Origin: Nibricoccus sp.
GTDB taxonomy: Bacteria; Verrucomicrobiota; Verrucomicrobiia; Opitutales; Opitutaceae
Length of the DNA: 64,000 nucleotides
NCBI GenBank assembly: GCA_047602425.1
Contig: JASGHG010000001.1
Coordinates: 1,440,001 to 1,504,000, forward strand
Direction: 5' to 3'
Both the position numbers and the translations under genes were made by a program. The notes below the pieces were generated by a model. The model did not search any database. It was not told where the DNA came from and was given only the letters and a program-made list of their open reading frames with translations. Shown piece after piece: positions 39,773-49,776 of this stretch; position 1 is the stretch's first letter, and each line of letters starts with the position of its first letter.

Positions 39773-40136
39773 GTTGATGGGTTTTAACTGTCGTTTTTGT
39801 TGGCGGCGTTGCAGGTGTGGGATACCCAGCCGCGTGAACCCCGCCTATTAAGCCGCATCGATGCCACCACGGTCGTAAAATCACGTTAGTGATTATACGG
39901 TAAACGCATGCTAAGAATTTTCAAAATGGCCCTTCGATTGGGCTCCGCGGGCCGCAATGCGCTTTGCAATGTCACTGCCGTCGCAAATTGCAGATAACAC
40001 GATGACCGGCGGGACAAAATTTCGCGCAAAAATGTTCGGCGCCTAGGGTTTGTTTTTTGTTGCTGCCACCCCGGCCCTCCTCTTTCTGCTTTCCTGCAAC
40101 AGGGGATTTTCGACTCCGGTTGCGCGTTCAACCATC

Positions 40137-41675
40137 ATGTCACTCCTCCCCTTCTCCAGCCAGCTCATCGCTGATGTCGGTATTTCTCTCGGCGACGAGG
40201 GCAAAGGCCGCCTTATCCCCGAGGTCGAACACGAGCTTCGCGGCACCAAGTCGCCCGTCTCCGTGGTCCTGAAGGTCAACGGCGGCGCCAATTCCGGCCA
40301 CACGGCCGCTGGCATCAAACTCAACCTCCTGCCCGCGGGCGTGGTTGAAAAGGAGATCGCGCATCTCGCCATCGGCGCCGGCGTCGTCGCCGATCCGCGC
40401 AAGGTCTGGTGGGAAGCCCGCCCGCTCGAACGCAAGGGCTACGCCGTCCAATCCCGCCTGCTCATCGACGAGCGCACCCTCGTCTCCGACCTTTGCCACC
40501 GATTGCTCGATCTTTCGTGGGAAGATTACCGCACCAACGTCTTGAAGGAAGAACCGCGCGGTTCCACCGGCCGTGGCATCACGCCCGCCTACGGCGACGA
40601 AACCGGCCAGTGGCAGATCACCTACTCGGATTTCCTCGGCTCCCGGGAGTGCTTCGCCAAAAAACTCGCGCAGCGCGCCAATCGCGCCTGCCGAACCATC
40701 CAGTATGTCTGCCAGATCAGTGAGGCGACCTGGTACTCCTTCTTCGACAAGCTCACCACCGCCGAACTCCGCGCCAACGCCGAGGCCATCGAACAAGGCG
40801 TCTTCTCCAAGGACGAATTCGATTTCGTGCGCTTCAAGGGCGCCGCGCCGTTCACGCTGAATCTCGATGTGCTCACCGAGGTTTACTGGCAGGCCGGCTC
40901 CGCCCTCGCGAAAAACATCGGTGAGGTCCGCGAACTCATTCTCCGCGAAGTCCGCGCCGGCCGCACGATCATCGGCGAATTTGGGCAGGCCTATTGGTTG
41001 GACAAACGCCACGGCTTCTCGCCCAACGTCACCGCCTCGCACACCTACACGCCGGAATTTTTCGAAAGCGCCGGCATCCCCGTGCAGCCGATCCACACCT
41101 TCGGCGTCGCCAAGGCCTACGACACCAAGGTTGGCACGCACACGTTCATCACGCAGATGGACGATGCGCACCCGCTCGCGGTGAAGTTGAAGAAACTCGA
41201 ATTCGGCACCAGCACCGGACGCCAGCGCATGGTCGGCTGGTTCGACGCCGTGGAAAAAGGCGACGCCCTCCGCTACGGTGGTTATCAGGACGTCATGATC
41301 AATAAAGCCGACGCCCTCACCCACGCCGGCGACTGGAATGGCGATCTGCTCATCTGCACGCACTACGTCGACGCCACCGGCAAAGTTTTTAATCACGTCC
41401 CGCGCAACGAAGCCGTGCGCAAAACCCTGCGTGCCGTTTACGAAAAACACGCCGGATGGTCCGAGGACATTTCGGTGGTGCGCAAATTTGCCGATCTGCC
41501 GAAAAACGCGCAGAAGTACGTCGCCGCGATGATGCGCGCCACGCTCAACGTCGCTTATCACGGCGAGAAATGGCCCGCCACGTTGCCCAACCTCCGCTAC
41601 CTCGGCGTCGGCCCCGAACCATCCCAAATCATCAAGGACGTGCCCGCCACCGCCGAGCTCGTGAAGCTCGTCTGA
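40137..41675 (+). CDS. purA: Adenylosuccinate synthetase (divergent, long form)
   Basis: [42 protein letters not shown] motifs. Confidence 0.9.
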   Translation: MSLLPFSSQLIADVGISLGDEGKGRLIPEVEHELRGTKSPVSVVLKVNGGANSGHTAAGIKLNLLPAGVVEKEIAHLAIGAGVVADPRKVWWEARPLERKGYAVQSRLLIDERTLVSDLCHRLLDLSWEDYRTNVLKEEPRGSTGRGITPAYGDETGQWQITYSDFLGSRECFAKKLAQRANRACRTIQYVCQISEATWYSFFDKLTTAELRANAEAIEQGVFSKDEFDFVRFKGAAPFTLNLDVLTEVYWQAGSALAKNIGEVRELILREVRAGRTIIGEFGQAYWLDKRHGFSPNVTASHTYTPEFFESAGIPVQPIHTFGVAKAYDTKVGTHTFITQMDDAHPLAVKLKKLEFGTSTGRQRMVGWFDAVEKGDALRYGGYQDVMINKADALTHAGDWNGDLLICTHYVDATGKVFNHVPRNEAVRKTLRAVYEKHAGWSEDISVVRKFADLPKNAQKYVAAMMRATLNVAYHGEKWPATLPNLRYLGVGPEPSQIIKDVPATAELVKLV

Positions 41676-41699
41676 GTCGGACCGCCACGCAAATCTCTC

Positions 41700-41726
41700 A
41701 GGCCTGACCTCGGTCAGGCCTTTTTT
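41700..41726 (+). terminator. Intrinsic terminator after purA
   Basis: AGGCCTGACC-TC-GGTCAGGCCT followed by a T run. Confidence 0.85.
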
Positions 41727-41766
41727 GTGCCAAGCTTCGGAAATCCACTCGAACCTGCCAAAAGAA

Positions 41767-41852
41767 GGTAGGGACGACCCGCCGGGTCGTCCGTCAACGT
41801 CGCTTACGAATGACTCGTTAAAAACCGAACGGCCCGGCGGTCCGTACCTACC
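41767..41852. repeat. GTAG-type REP doublet
   Basis: Same arms as the 23036 and 28991 copies. Confidence 0.8.
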
Positions 41853-41978
41853 TCCAAAACCTCAGAGGGGGTTATGCATTTGAAAGAAGAAGGTATAACC
41901 CTTTCTCCCTTTCAGCCTCAGATCCATCGCTCGCGGGATTTGACTGAACGAACAAATCACACATCCGTAAATCCCATC

Positions 41979-42494
41979 ATGCCACGTTACGCCGCCTTTC
42001 TCCGCGGGGTCAGCCCGATGAATGCCAAGATGCCCGAACTAAAAAAAGCTTTCGAGGCCGCGGGCTTCACGGACGTGAAAACTCTTCTCTCCAGCGGCAA
42101 CGTCGTCTTTTCCACGCCCGCCAAATCCGTCGCCGAGATCGAACGCAAGGCCGAGGCTGCGATGGAGAAAAAACTCGGGCGCACGTTCTATACCATCGTG
42201 CGGCCAGTCGATGCGTTGCAAAAAATCCTCGAAGCCGACCCATTTGCCAGATTCAAACTGCCGTCCGAAGCCAAACGCGTCATCACTTTCCGGCGCGCGC
42301 CGCGAAAACCTATCCCGCAGCTGCCCATCGAACTGAGCAATGCACGCATCCTCGCCACGGACGGATGCGAGGTTTTCAGCGCCTATGTGTCCGGACCCGA
42401 AGGTCCGGTGTTCATGACCCTGATCGAAAAAAATTTCGGCAAAGACGTGACCACCCGCACATGGGACACAGTCCGCAAGTGCGCCGGAGCCTGA
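41979..42494 (+). CDS. DUF1697 family protein
   Basis: YAAFLRGV..M.EL..GF.DVKT..SSGNVVF; C-terminal TTRTW.T. Confidence 0.85.
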   Translation: MPRYAAFLRGVSPMNAKMPELKKAFEAAGFTDVKTLLSSGNVVFSTPAKSVAEIERKAEAAMEKKLGRTFYTIVRPVDALQKILEADPFARFKLPSEAKRVITFRRAPRKPIPQLPIELSNARILATDGCEVFSAYVSGPEGPVFMTLIEKNFGKDVTTRTWDTVRKCAGA

Positions 42495-42503
42495 GCTCAC
42501 ATC

Positions 42504-43055
42504 ATGGGCGTCATCACCACCGAAAGACTTTCGCTCCTGCCGATGACGCCGGAGTTTCTCGAATGCACCGCGCAGGGACGCGAGGCCGATGCGCGCAAAA
42601 CTCTCGGACTGGAAATCCCGCCGACGTGGTTCGAGCACGGTCCGTTCGCCGCCGTGCGGCTCAAACAATTGGCGGAGGGCGTCACCGCGTTGCCTTGGTT
42701 GCCGCGCGCCATCGCATTTCGTGGCGGTAGGGAAATGATCGGCTACATCGGTTTTCACACTTCGCCTGCCCCGGAATATCTCAAAGACCTTAGTCCGCAT
42801 GGCGTCGAACTCGGCTACGAGATTTTCCCGGCCTTCCGCCGCCAACGCATCGCATGGGAAGCCAGTCTTGGCTTGATGGATTGGGCGCGGTCGCAATACA
42901 GCGTGAAAAACTTCGTGGTTTCCGTGAGTCCGCAAAACGCCGCCTCGCTCTCCTTGATTGCCAAGATGGGCTTCCGCAAAATCGGCTCCCACGTCGACGA
43001 CGAAGACGGCCCGGAGGACATCTTCGAATTGGTCCTGAACGCCAAACAAGCCTGA
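42504..43055 (+). CDS. GNAT family (RimJ/RimL-like) acetyltransferase
   Basis: TERL.L.P, VELGYEI.P.FRRQ.IA.EA, N.AS..L..KMGF motifs. Confidence 0.88.
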   Translation: MGVITTERLSLLPMTPEFLECTAQGREADARKTLGLEIPPTWFEHGPFAAVRLKQLAEGVTALPWLPRAIAFRGGREMIGYIGFHTSPAPEYLKDLSPHGVELGYEIFPAFRRQRIAWEASLGLMDWARSQYSVKNFVVSVSPQNAASLSLIAKMGFRKIGSHVDDEDGPEDIFELVLNAKQA

Positions 43056-43531
43056 CAAGCAGGACTGGCGTCAACGCGCTTCGTTTTCTCCGTTCCCTTC
43101 TGTTCAAATTCCCGATCATTTTAACAGGAGGAAATAGCATCTAGCTTCACCAATCTCCCTTACACCGCTTCGGTGCTTCGTGTTCAACCGCGCCCGCATC
43201 GCTCCGACTGATTCAATGTAGAGTGTGTAAAAATTCGCGCCGCGGGCCATACCGCGGCATCGCAACCCAGCCTGTATTACCAGTGGAAATCCCTTAACTT
43301 CCAGTTAGCAAACAGCGTGCGTGTCAGGACCCTCCGGTTCCGAATCGTTCAACATATAAGCTGACTTTCAAACCGAGCTTTTCCCGCTAACGACCAAGCG
43401 ACGCAGGTCGTTTGCGATTTACTCTCCCATGCACCTTCGGCATTTTCGCTTCTCCAGTTTCATCCCGCGAGATGCCCGCTATAAAATCATTTTCAGGGTC
43501 TTTGCCAAAAGATCGGAAATCTGTGGCATCC

Positions 43532-46195
43532 ATGCCTCCGGTGGCCTCCGGCGTGAGCTGGTTGTTCTTGTTGTTCGGCCTTTTCCTCTGGCCGCTGTGT
43601 GTCCAAGCCGAGTCTGACCAGTCCGCCGTGCGCCGTCCGTTGGTGCTCACCCTTCACTCTTATTCGGCGAGTCCATGGGACAACGAACTTCAAAATGGCA
43701 TCAATCATGAACTGATCGACCCCGGCAAAATCGACATCTACGTCGACTATATGGATGCCAAGAAGCTGGAGACGCCCGAGTACCTCAACATGTTCTGCGA
43801 GGTCCTGAAGGTGAAGTACCAGCACCTCAAATTCGATCTTGTCATCGTCTGCGACGAATCGGCTTACCAATACGCCAGAACCAATCACGACCAGCTTTGG
43901 CCGGACACGCCGGTCGTTTTCTGCGGCGTCAACGAGTTCCGGCCCGCCGAATTTTCCACGCTCAAAAACATGACGGGCATCGCGGAAAACACCGAGCTCA
44001 GCGATTTCGTTGCCTCCTTTCGCACCCTCCTGCCGCGACTCAAGAAGCTCTACATCGTCCGCGACGATTCAACGTATTCGCAGGCCACGTTGCCTCGTTT
44101 GATGGAAGCCATTTCCAAGGAACTGCCGAAAATCCAGGTGGAGGAGCTGACCGATCGGCTTTCCGCCGTCGAACTCGCCAACCGGCTGGCGGGACTTCCC
44201 AAGGACTCCGCGGTTTTTTATCTCTCTTTCTGGCGGGAAAGCGGGGGCAGGATCATCAACAAAAGCGAATTGCAGCGCGTCATCCAGCAAAGCAACGCGC
44301 CCGTGTTCACCACCCATCAGAGTTTGATGGGAAATGGCGCAACCGGCATCTGCTACGTCGACGCTTTCCAGCACGGAGTTTCCACCGGCAAGATCGCCCG
44401 GCAAATTCTGGAAGGAGCCGATCCTGCCTCCATCCCAGCCACTAGGGACAAAACGCGCCAGATGGCGTTCGATCACGCCTACCTCAAACGTTACAACATC
44501 CCGCACAGCGTCCTGCCCGCCGGCAGCATCATTTTCAACGAACCATCGTCTTTCTACCAAAAATACAAAACGCTCGTCTGGGCAACCAGCCTCGTTTTCG
44601 CGCTCCTGCTGGGTTTGCTGCTCCTGCTCGCCTTTACGATGATCCAGCGTCGGCGCATCACGCTGCAATTGGCCGAAAGTGAAGAAAAATTCGCCCGCGC
44701 CTTTCACGACGCTCCCGCCGGCATGTTCATTTACGACACCGTCAGCGGTCGTTGCATCGAAATCAACGAACAGGGCCTCGCGATGCTCGGTTGCACGCGG
44801 GCCGACGCGCTCAACCAGACATGGGGGCAAATCGGCCTGCCTTCAGGCCAGTTTAGCGAAAATCCCGCGGACATGCGCGGCGATCAGGAGATAAAAATCC
44901 AAAGGAACGATGGCCGAACCATCTTCTGCACCCATTCCTCGCACGCCATCAAGATCGGCGGACGCGAACGCCTGCTCGTGATCCTCGTCGACATCACGTC
45001 CCACAAGCACGCCGAGGCGGAGCGCAAGAAACTGCAGACTCAGCTCAACCAATCGCAAAAAATGGAGTTGATCGGACGGCTCGCCGGCGGCGTCGCCCAT
45101 GACTTCAACAACATGCTGACGGCGATCCAGATCAACGCCACCGAGGCGAAGCAGTCCGCCATCCAGGGCAAGCCGGCCTCCGGCAACCTCGATGAAATCG
45201 TCAACTGCGCCCAACGTTCCGCCGCGCTCACCCAGCGCCTTCTCGCCTTCGCCCGGAAACAACCCATCACCCCAAAAATTCTCGACCTCAATCAGACCGT
45301 CGAAAGTTCGCTCGGCATGATCAAGCGCTTGATCGGCGAAAAAATCGAAATCGAATGGAACCCCCGCGCCGACCTCTGGCCGGCCAAACTCGATCCAAAC
45401 CAAATCGACCAGATCCTCACCAACCTTTGCGTCAACGCCCGCGACGCCATCGCCGAAAATGGACGAATCATCATCTCCACCCTAAACGCAAAATTCGACG
45501 ACGACTACTGCCAGCGCAATCCCGATTACCTCAAGGGCGAGTTCGTCCGCCTGATGGTGCGGGACACCGGCTGTGGCATGAGCCGCGAGATCCGCGAGCA
45601 CATTTTCGAACCTTTCTTCACCACTAAAGAAGTTGGCAAGGGCACCGGGCTCGGACTTCCCACCGTCTACGGCATTGTGCAGCAAAACAACGGCTTCATC
45701 CTCGTCGACAGCGACGTCGGCCGCGGGACGACCATCCGTATTTATCTGCCATGCCATGCCGCCGCCGAAGCGACAACTGAAAATAAGAGCCGCCATCCCT
45801 CTCCCGTTCGCGGCGGACATGAGACGATCCTCCTCGTGGAGGATGAACCCAGCATTTTGCAAATTACCGAGAACGCGCTGCGAAATCTCGGGTACACGGT
45901 GATCGCCGCCAACACGCCTAAAGAGGCTCTGCGCCTCGCCGAGCAGCACTCGCGACGCATCGATCTCCTGGTCACCGACGTTGTCATGCCCGGCATGAAT
46001 GGACGCGAGTTGGAAGCCCAAGTGTTGAAGAAACACTCCCACATCAAATCTCTCTTCATTTCCGGCTACACTCCCGAAGTGATCATGCATGAAGGCATCC
46101 TCAACAAAGGAGTTAACTTCCTGCCCAAGCCCTTCACGGTCGAGGATATTGCCCGCGCCATCCGCGAAGTCCTCGGCGAACTCAGCGCCGTCTAA
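43532..46195 (+). CDS. Hybrid sensor histidine kinase (periplasmic binding domain, TM, PAS, HisKA, HATPase, REC); start uncertain
   Basis: GRLAGGVAHDFNNML, NLCVNARDA, FEPFFTTK..GKGTGLGL, ILLVEDE..TDVVMP..KPF motifs. Confidence 0.93.
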   Translation: MPPVASGVSWLFLLFGLFLWPLCVQAESDQSAVRRPLVLTLHSYSASPWDNELQNGINHELIDPGKIDIYVDYMDAKKLETPEYLNMFCEVLKVKYQHLKFDLVIVCDESAYQYARTNHDQLWPDTPVVFCGVNEFRPAEFSTLKNMTGIAENTELSDFVASFRTLLPRLKKLYIVRDDSTYSQATLPRLMEAISKELPKIQVEELTDRLSAVELANRLAGLPKDSAVFYLSFWRESGGRIINKSELQRVIQQSNAPVFTTHQSLMGNGATGICYVDAFQHGVSTGKIARQILEGADPASIPATRDKTRQMAFDHAYLKRYNIPHSVLPAGSIIFNEPSSFYQKYKTLVWATSLVFALLLGLLLLLAFTMIQRRRITLQLAESEEKFARAFHDAPAGMFIYDTVSGRCIEINEQGLAMLGCTRADALNQTWGQIGLPSGQFSENPADMRGDQEIKIQRNDGRTIFCTHSSHAIKIGGRERLLVILVDITSHKHAEAERKKLQTQLNQSQKMELIGRLAGGVAHDFNNMLTAIQINATEAKQSAIQGKPASGNLDEIVNCAQRSAALTQRLLAFARKQPITPKILDLNQTVESSLGMIKRLIGEKIEIEWNPRADLWPAKLDPNQIDQILTNLCVNARDAIAENGRIIISTLNAKFDDDYCQRNPDYLKGEFVRLMVRDTGCGMSREIREHIFEPFFTTKEVGKGTGLGLPTVYGIVQQNNGFILVDSDVGRGTTIRIYLPCHAAAEATTENKSRHPSPVRGGHETILLVEDEPSILQITENALRNLGYTVIAANTPKEALRLAEQHSRRIDLLVTDVVMPGMNGRELEAQVLKKHSHIKSLFISGYTPEVIMHEGILNKGVNFLPKPFTVEDIARAIREVLGELSAV

Positions 46196-46262
46196 CCCTA
46201 TTCTTTCGGTAAAATTTAAACCGATCTATTTCACAGGAGAAAACTGAGCGAGCTGAGTAAAG

Positions 46263-46405
46263 ATCCTCGGGGCAAGCCCCGAGGCATTGCCGAAATTGTA
46301 GGAGCGGCTTTACGCCGCGATTTTTCCGAACCATCGCGGGATAAACCCGCTCCTACAACTCACCAAGCCGAAGCGAACTCCGGGGCATTTGGACCCACAG
46401 GGAGT
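46263..46405. repeat. Nested repeat cluster: CCTCGGGG-CAAG-CCCCGAGG hairpin followed by a GTAG REP doublet
   Basis: TGTAGGAGCGGCTTTACGCCGCGA ... TCGCGGGATAAACCCGCTCCTACA at 46297-46357, between related GGCATT-ending segments. Confidence 0.65.
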
Positions 46406-46664
46406 CAAATTTCAAGGCCCCTCGTGCTGTGGTGAAATCTTCACGTTCACGAGATCCGAAATACTCTTCTTTAGCCTCCTCGGATTCTTCGCCAAAAGGA
46501 ACCTTTGCAGAATTTCCTCGAACGATGGTTAAAACCGACCAAGCTCATACGCACAAACTCCATGGCGAAAGTTTCCCTCAAAGTTTCCGACCAGCGTTGC
46601 CCTGGAACTCGTCATCGATCCTAGAAAACCGCTCCCCGATATTCACGAACTCGCGAAAACGCTC

Positions 46665-47141
46665 ATGCGTATGAAAAACCTGCTCTGGTTTCTTTTCCTC
46701 ATCAGTTTGGTACCGGCAAATGTCTCGCTCGCCTCCGATGCTTCCGCGAACGGGACCGCCGCCGATCCCGATGCGACCGCAAAAACCAAGGCCCTTTCCG
46801 CCGCTCGTTCACTTTGCCCTGACTATTTTGGAAAGCGGTATCAAGCCGTGGGCGAAACGCTCAAATGCAGCCTGCAATTCGAAAATCCCACCGCGGTGGA
46901 AGGCTGGCCCGGCCGTTGGAGGATGCGAGGGACCGCCACCCTCGCCCATTACCGGGATCCGGCCGTGGATCAAAGCCTGGTCACGCGTGAACAGGAGATC
47001 CAGAACAACCCGAACCTCACAACCCGCCAAAAAAAGAGCCGGATCGACAGCCTGTACTTCATCCGCTCGGAAATCGTCGAATTCGAAGTCGAAGTCTCAA
47101 ACCTCGACACCACTCCCGACATCAGCATGACCGTCCGTTAA
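46665..47141 (+). CDS. Hypothetical secreted protein
   Basis: Signal peptide MKNLLWFLFLISLVPANVSLA; 158 aa. Confidence 0.7.
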   Translation: MRMKNLLWFLFLISLVPANVSLASDASANGTAADPDATAKTKALSAARSLCPDYFGKRYQAVGETLKCSLQFENPTAVEGWPGRWRMRGTATLAHYRDPAVDQSLVTREQEIQNNPNLTTRQKKSRIDSLYFIRSEIVEFEVEVSNLDTTPDISMTVR

Positions 47142-47206
47142 AACGTATGGGGTTAAATCGACATAGGTGATCCCAAGGCAAAAATTTTCCACAAGCTGAA
47201 ACAAAA

Positions 47207-47665
47207 ATGAAAAAACTCCTTCTTCTTTCCGCTTTCGCGATCGTCCTTTCCGGCTGCATGTCGACAGTCTCTCCGGGCACATCGCGCATCTGGGAAGAGC
47301 GTGCCGTGACTCATGCAAACCATACTCAAGGGTTGGAGCTAAAAGAGCCGTTGAACTGGTTCGCGAAGGAATTCTTCGATCGCTACGATGTTTTCCTTCC
47401 CGCGGGGAAATACGTTTTGGAATCGGAAGACGCCGACTACCTCTATTTCGGAGCGCCAGAGAAAGTCGGTTATGTCGTCGCAAAGTCGGGCGTGGCTCCG
47501 GACAGCCGGCAACTCGCAGGCGGCATCTTCCTCGCCAAAGCGGATCGCTCGCCCTACCCGGCCGGCGCCTACATCGAGTGGGAAGGCGGCAAACGACTCC
47601 TGCTGATGCGATTCGACTTCGCGTTCACTTCCCAAAAAGGCAAGCGATGGTTTCTCACCCCATAA
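47207..47665 (+). CDS. Hypothetical lipoprotein
   Basis: MKKLLLLSAFAIVLSGC lipobox. Confidence 0.75.
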   Translation: MKKLLLLSAFAIVLSGCMSTVSPGTSRIWEERAVTHANHTQGLELKEPLNWFAKEFFDRYDVFLPAGKYVLESEDADYLYFGAPEKVGYVVAKSGVAPDSRQLAGGIFLAKADRSPYPAGAYIEWEGGKRLLLMRFDFAFTSQKGKRWFLTP

Positions 47666-47923
47666 CCCAGCCGTCCGCCCAAAGGCGTAGCGCAAGAGCG
47701 TGACACAACCTTAGCAAAAAAAATCGTCGTTTCGTTTCCTCCGTTCCCTTCTGTTCAAATTTTCCGATCTATTTTATAGGAAGAAACTGAGAAAGCAGAG
47801 TCAGGTTGCGCATGGTCCTTTGCATATGAAAACTCGCGCCCGATACTTGTTTTTGATCTTTTGGTTTCATTTTTTTCCAGTGCATCTGCACCCTCAAAAG
47901 ATTCTGCGCCTGACCACCTATCC

Positions 47924-48757
47924 ATGAAACCCCTGCTTGCCTTTTTCGCCCTGCTCGGAGCTCTCGGCCTGACCCGTGGCGAAACAATTGATCCCTACAC
48001 GAGCAAGCCGCATGTGGATTTCCACATTTTCGGTTCCGGTAAAACTCAGTTGCTCGTCGTCGGCGATTCCCGACTGCGGAATTCTTCGCAAGATTTTTGG
48101 AATTCCACTTTCGGATCCACTGGTTGGGGCGAATGCCTGGGCAAAGTGGAGGCATTGAAGTCATATCGGATCGTCAATTGCGGTATCGGCGGCACGAGCC
48201 TTCGTTCCTATATCAATCGCGGTTATTGGAATCGGGTGCTGGCGTTGGTGAAAACAGAAGACATCGTGATCTTCTATTTCGCGGGAAATGACCTTCGTCC
48301 AATCGAGGATCAGAAGCGAAGCTGCGGCGAACTGCACGGTCTCGGCGACAAAAGCACAACCATCTACAATCCCTATCTTAAGTGCGACGAAACGGTGCTG
48401 ACTTATGGCGCGTACTACAACCGGGTCATATCCGAAGTGAAAAAGGCGGGAGCGATTCCCTACATTTGCACGTATTTCTCAGGACAGTTGTGGAAAGACG
48501 GACAGCATCAGCCGGGACCTTCGCACATGGTCAACGCATGGATTCATCTCATCGCGACCGAAAATCAGGTGAAGCTCGTGGATTTGTATACATTGATGGA
48601 ACGGGAACTGGCCGTGCGCGGAGAAAAAAAGAGCGCGGAGCTCTTCGTAAAAGACGGTTTCCACACCAGCTCCAAAGGCGCCTTGCTGGTGGCCAACTTG
48701 ATCGGCGATATCGTCAGCAACAACCGCTTCACCGAACCAGTTCCTCCTCAACCCTGA
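47924..48757 (+). CDS. SGNH/GDSL esterase (rhamnogalacturonan acetylesterase-like)
   Basis: GDS, GWG, N.GIGG.S.R.Y, GND, D.FH motifs; signal peptide. Confidence 0.82.
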   Translation: MKPLLAFFALLGALGLTRGETIDPYTSKPHVDFHIFGSGKTQLLVVGDSRLRNSSQDFWNSTFGSTGWGECLGKVEALKSYRIVNCGIGGTSLRSYINRGYWNRVLALVKTEDIVIFYFAGNDLRPIEDQKRSCGELHGLGDKSTTIYNPYLKCDETVLTYGAYYNRVISEVKKAGAIPYICTYFSGQLWKDGQHQPGPSHMVNAWIHLIATENQVKLVDLYTLMERELAVRGEKKSAELFVKDGFHTSSKGALLVANLIGDIVSNNRFTEPVPPQP

Positions 48758-48971
48758 TTTCCACGGCTCAGCAAAGTTCGGCCTTCTTATCCCAAACTTT
48801 CAACGGCCGTCTCAGCTCCAATAGTTTGGTTGCCGTCGCTTACATCCATGAACCGGCGCGAGCCCAAAAGGATTTTTTTTGTCAGGAATCGCCCGCCCCT
48901 GTCGCGTTACCCGCACCTCCCTTCGTTGTGTCCGATTGAGCCCTTCCAGTCGCGAATGAAATACTTTGTGG

Positions 48972-49370
48972 CCGGTGTTTGAGAAAACGAGACCGGGTAT
49001 TAACGGCAGTCAGCCGGTGTTTATTCCTTCGAAAGCGGGCAAAAGTCTTTGGAAACTGGGTATTGATGCTTGGAATCAGGGTTTTGGTCTTTCGAAACGG
49101 AGTTTTAGTCTTTGGACGGAGGGTTTTGGTCCTTTGAACGAGGGTTTTGATCCTTCGAAGTCGGGTATTGATCTTTGTTGACCGGGTTTTGGTTGTTGGA
49201 AGCCGGGTAAAAGGAGTTGTTCGACGGGTTTTGATCTTTGGAAGCTGGGTTTTGGTCCTTGGAAAGCGGGTTTTGGTCTTTCGAAGACGGGTAAAAGTAA
49301 TTTTTCAGCGGGTTTCAGTTCTTGGAGACAGAGTTTTGATCGTTGCTGACGGATTTCCCGTCATCGGAGA
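48972..49370. repeat. Degenerate 21-bp tandem array B (about 19 units)
   Basis: Consensus NCGGGTTTTGRTCYTTSGAAR at an exact 21-nt period with no indels. Confidence 0.9.
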
Positions 49371-49734
49371 CCGGAATGAACGCACCGAAACCAGACATCA
49401 GCGCTCAGGCACCGGCATTCACCACTAATCTGGAGCCAAGGAGCCCAAAACCGCCCGCCAAACGATCTGTGCCGCCAACGAACAGCCTTTCCCCTCGCCT
49501 TTTGCCCGAAATTTGTACCAATCAGGTCATACCTGACGCGCGGCGGTACAACGACGGCCCTTTCAGCAAAAGATTCAACCCGCCCGCCCTACCTAACATC
49601 CAGCAACTTTTAACTGCAGTTGAGCTTTCCGCGGAAAAAAAACACCCCGCAAAACATCAACCCAACCAATCCGCCCCTACCCTTGAAATACTTCCACAAA
49701 AATTCCCCCGCTTTCCGCCCTCCGGCAAAAGCTC

Positions 49735-49765
49735 AACTCAGTTGGTACGAATAACACTGTTCGGC
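49735..49765 (+). other. attI-like integron recombination site (no adjacent intI)
   Basis: CAACTCAGTTGGTACGAATAACACT-GTTCGGC; the core GTTCGGC is the exact complement of GCCGAAC at the end of cassette 1; no attC-like hairpin upstream. Confidence 0.55.
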
Positions 49766-49776
49766 AAAAAAAGAAT

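Noticed and set aside
46665..48757. Orphan secreted-protein genes as additional integron cassettes
   Set aside because: No attC-like cores or hairpins follow their stop codons.
48966..49428. ORFs 48966-49181 and 49147-49428 as genes
   Set aside because: They are partial translations of array B in different frames; no frame spans the array.
49380..49740. intI remnant upstream of the attI-like site
   Set aside because: I could not recognise any tyrosine-recombinase motif on either strand.
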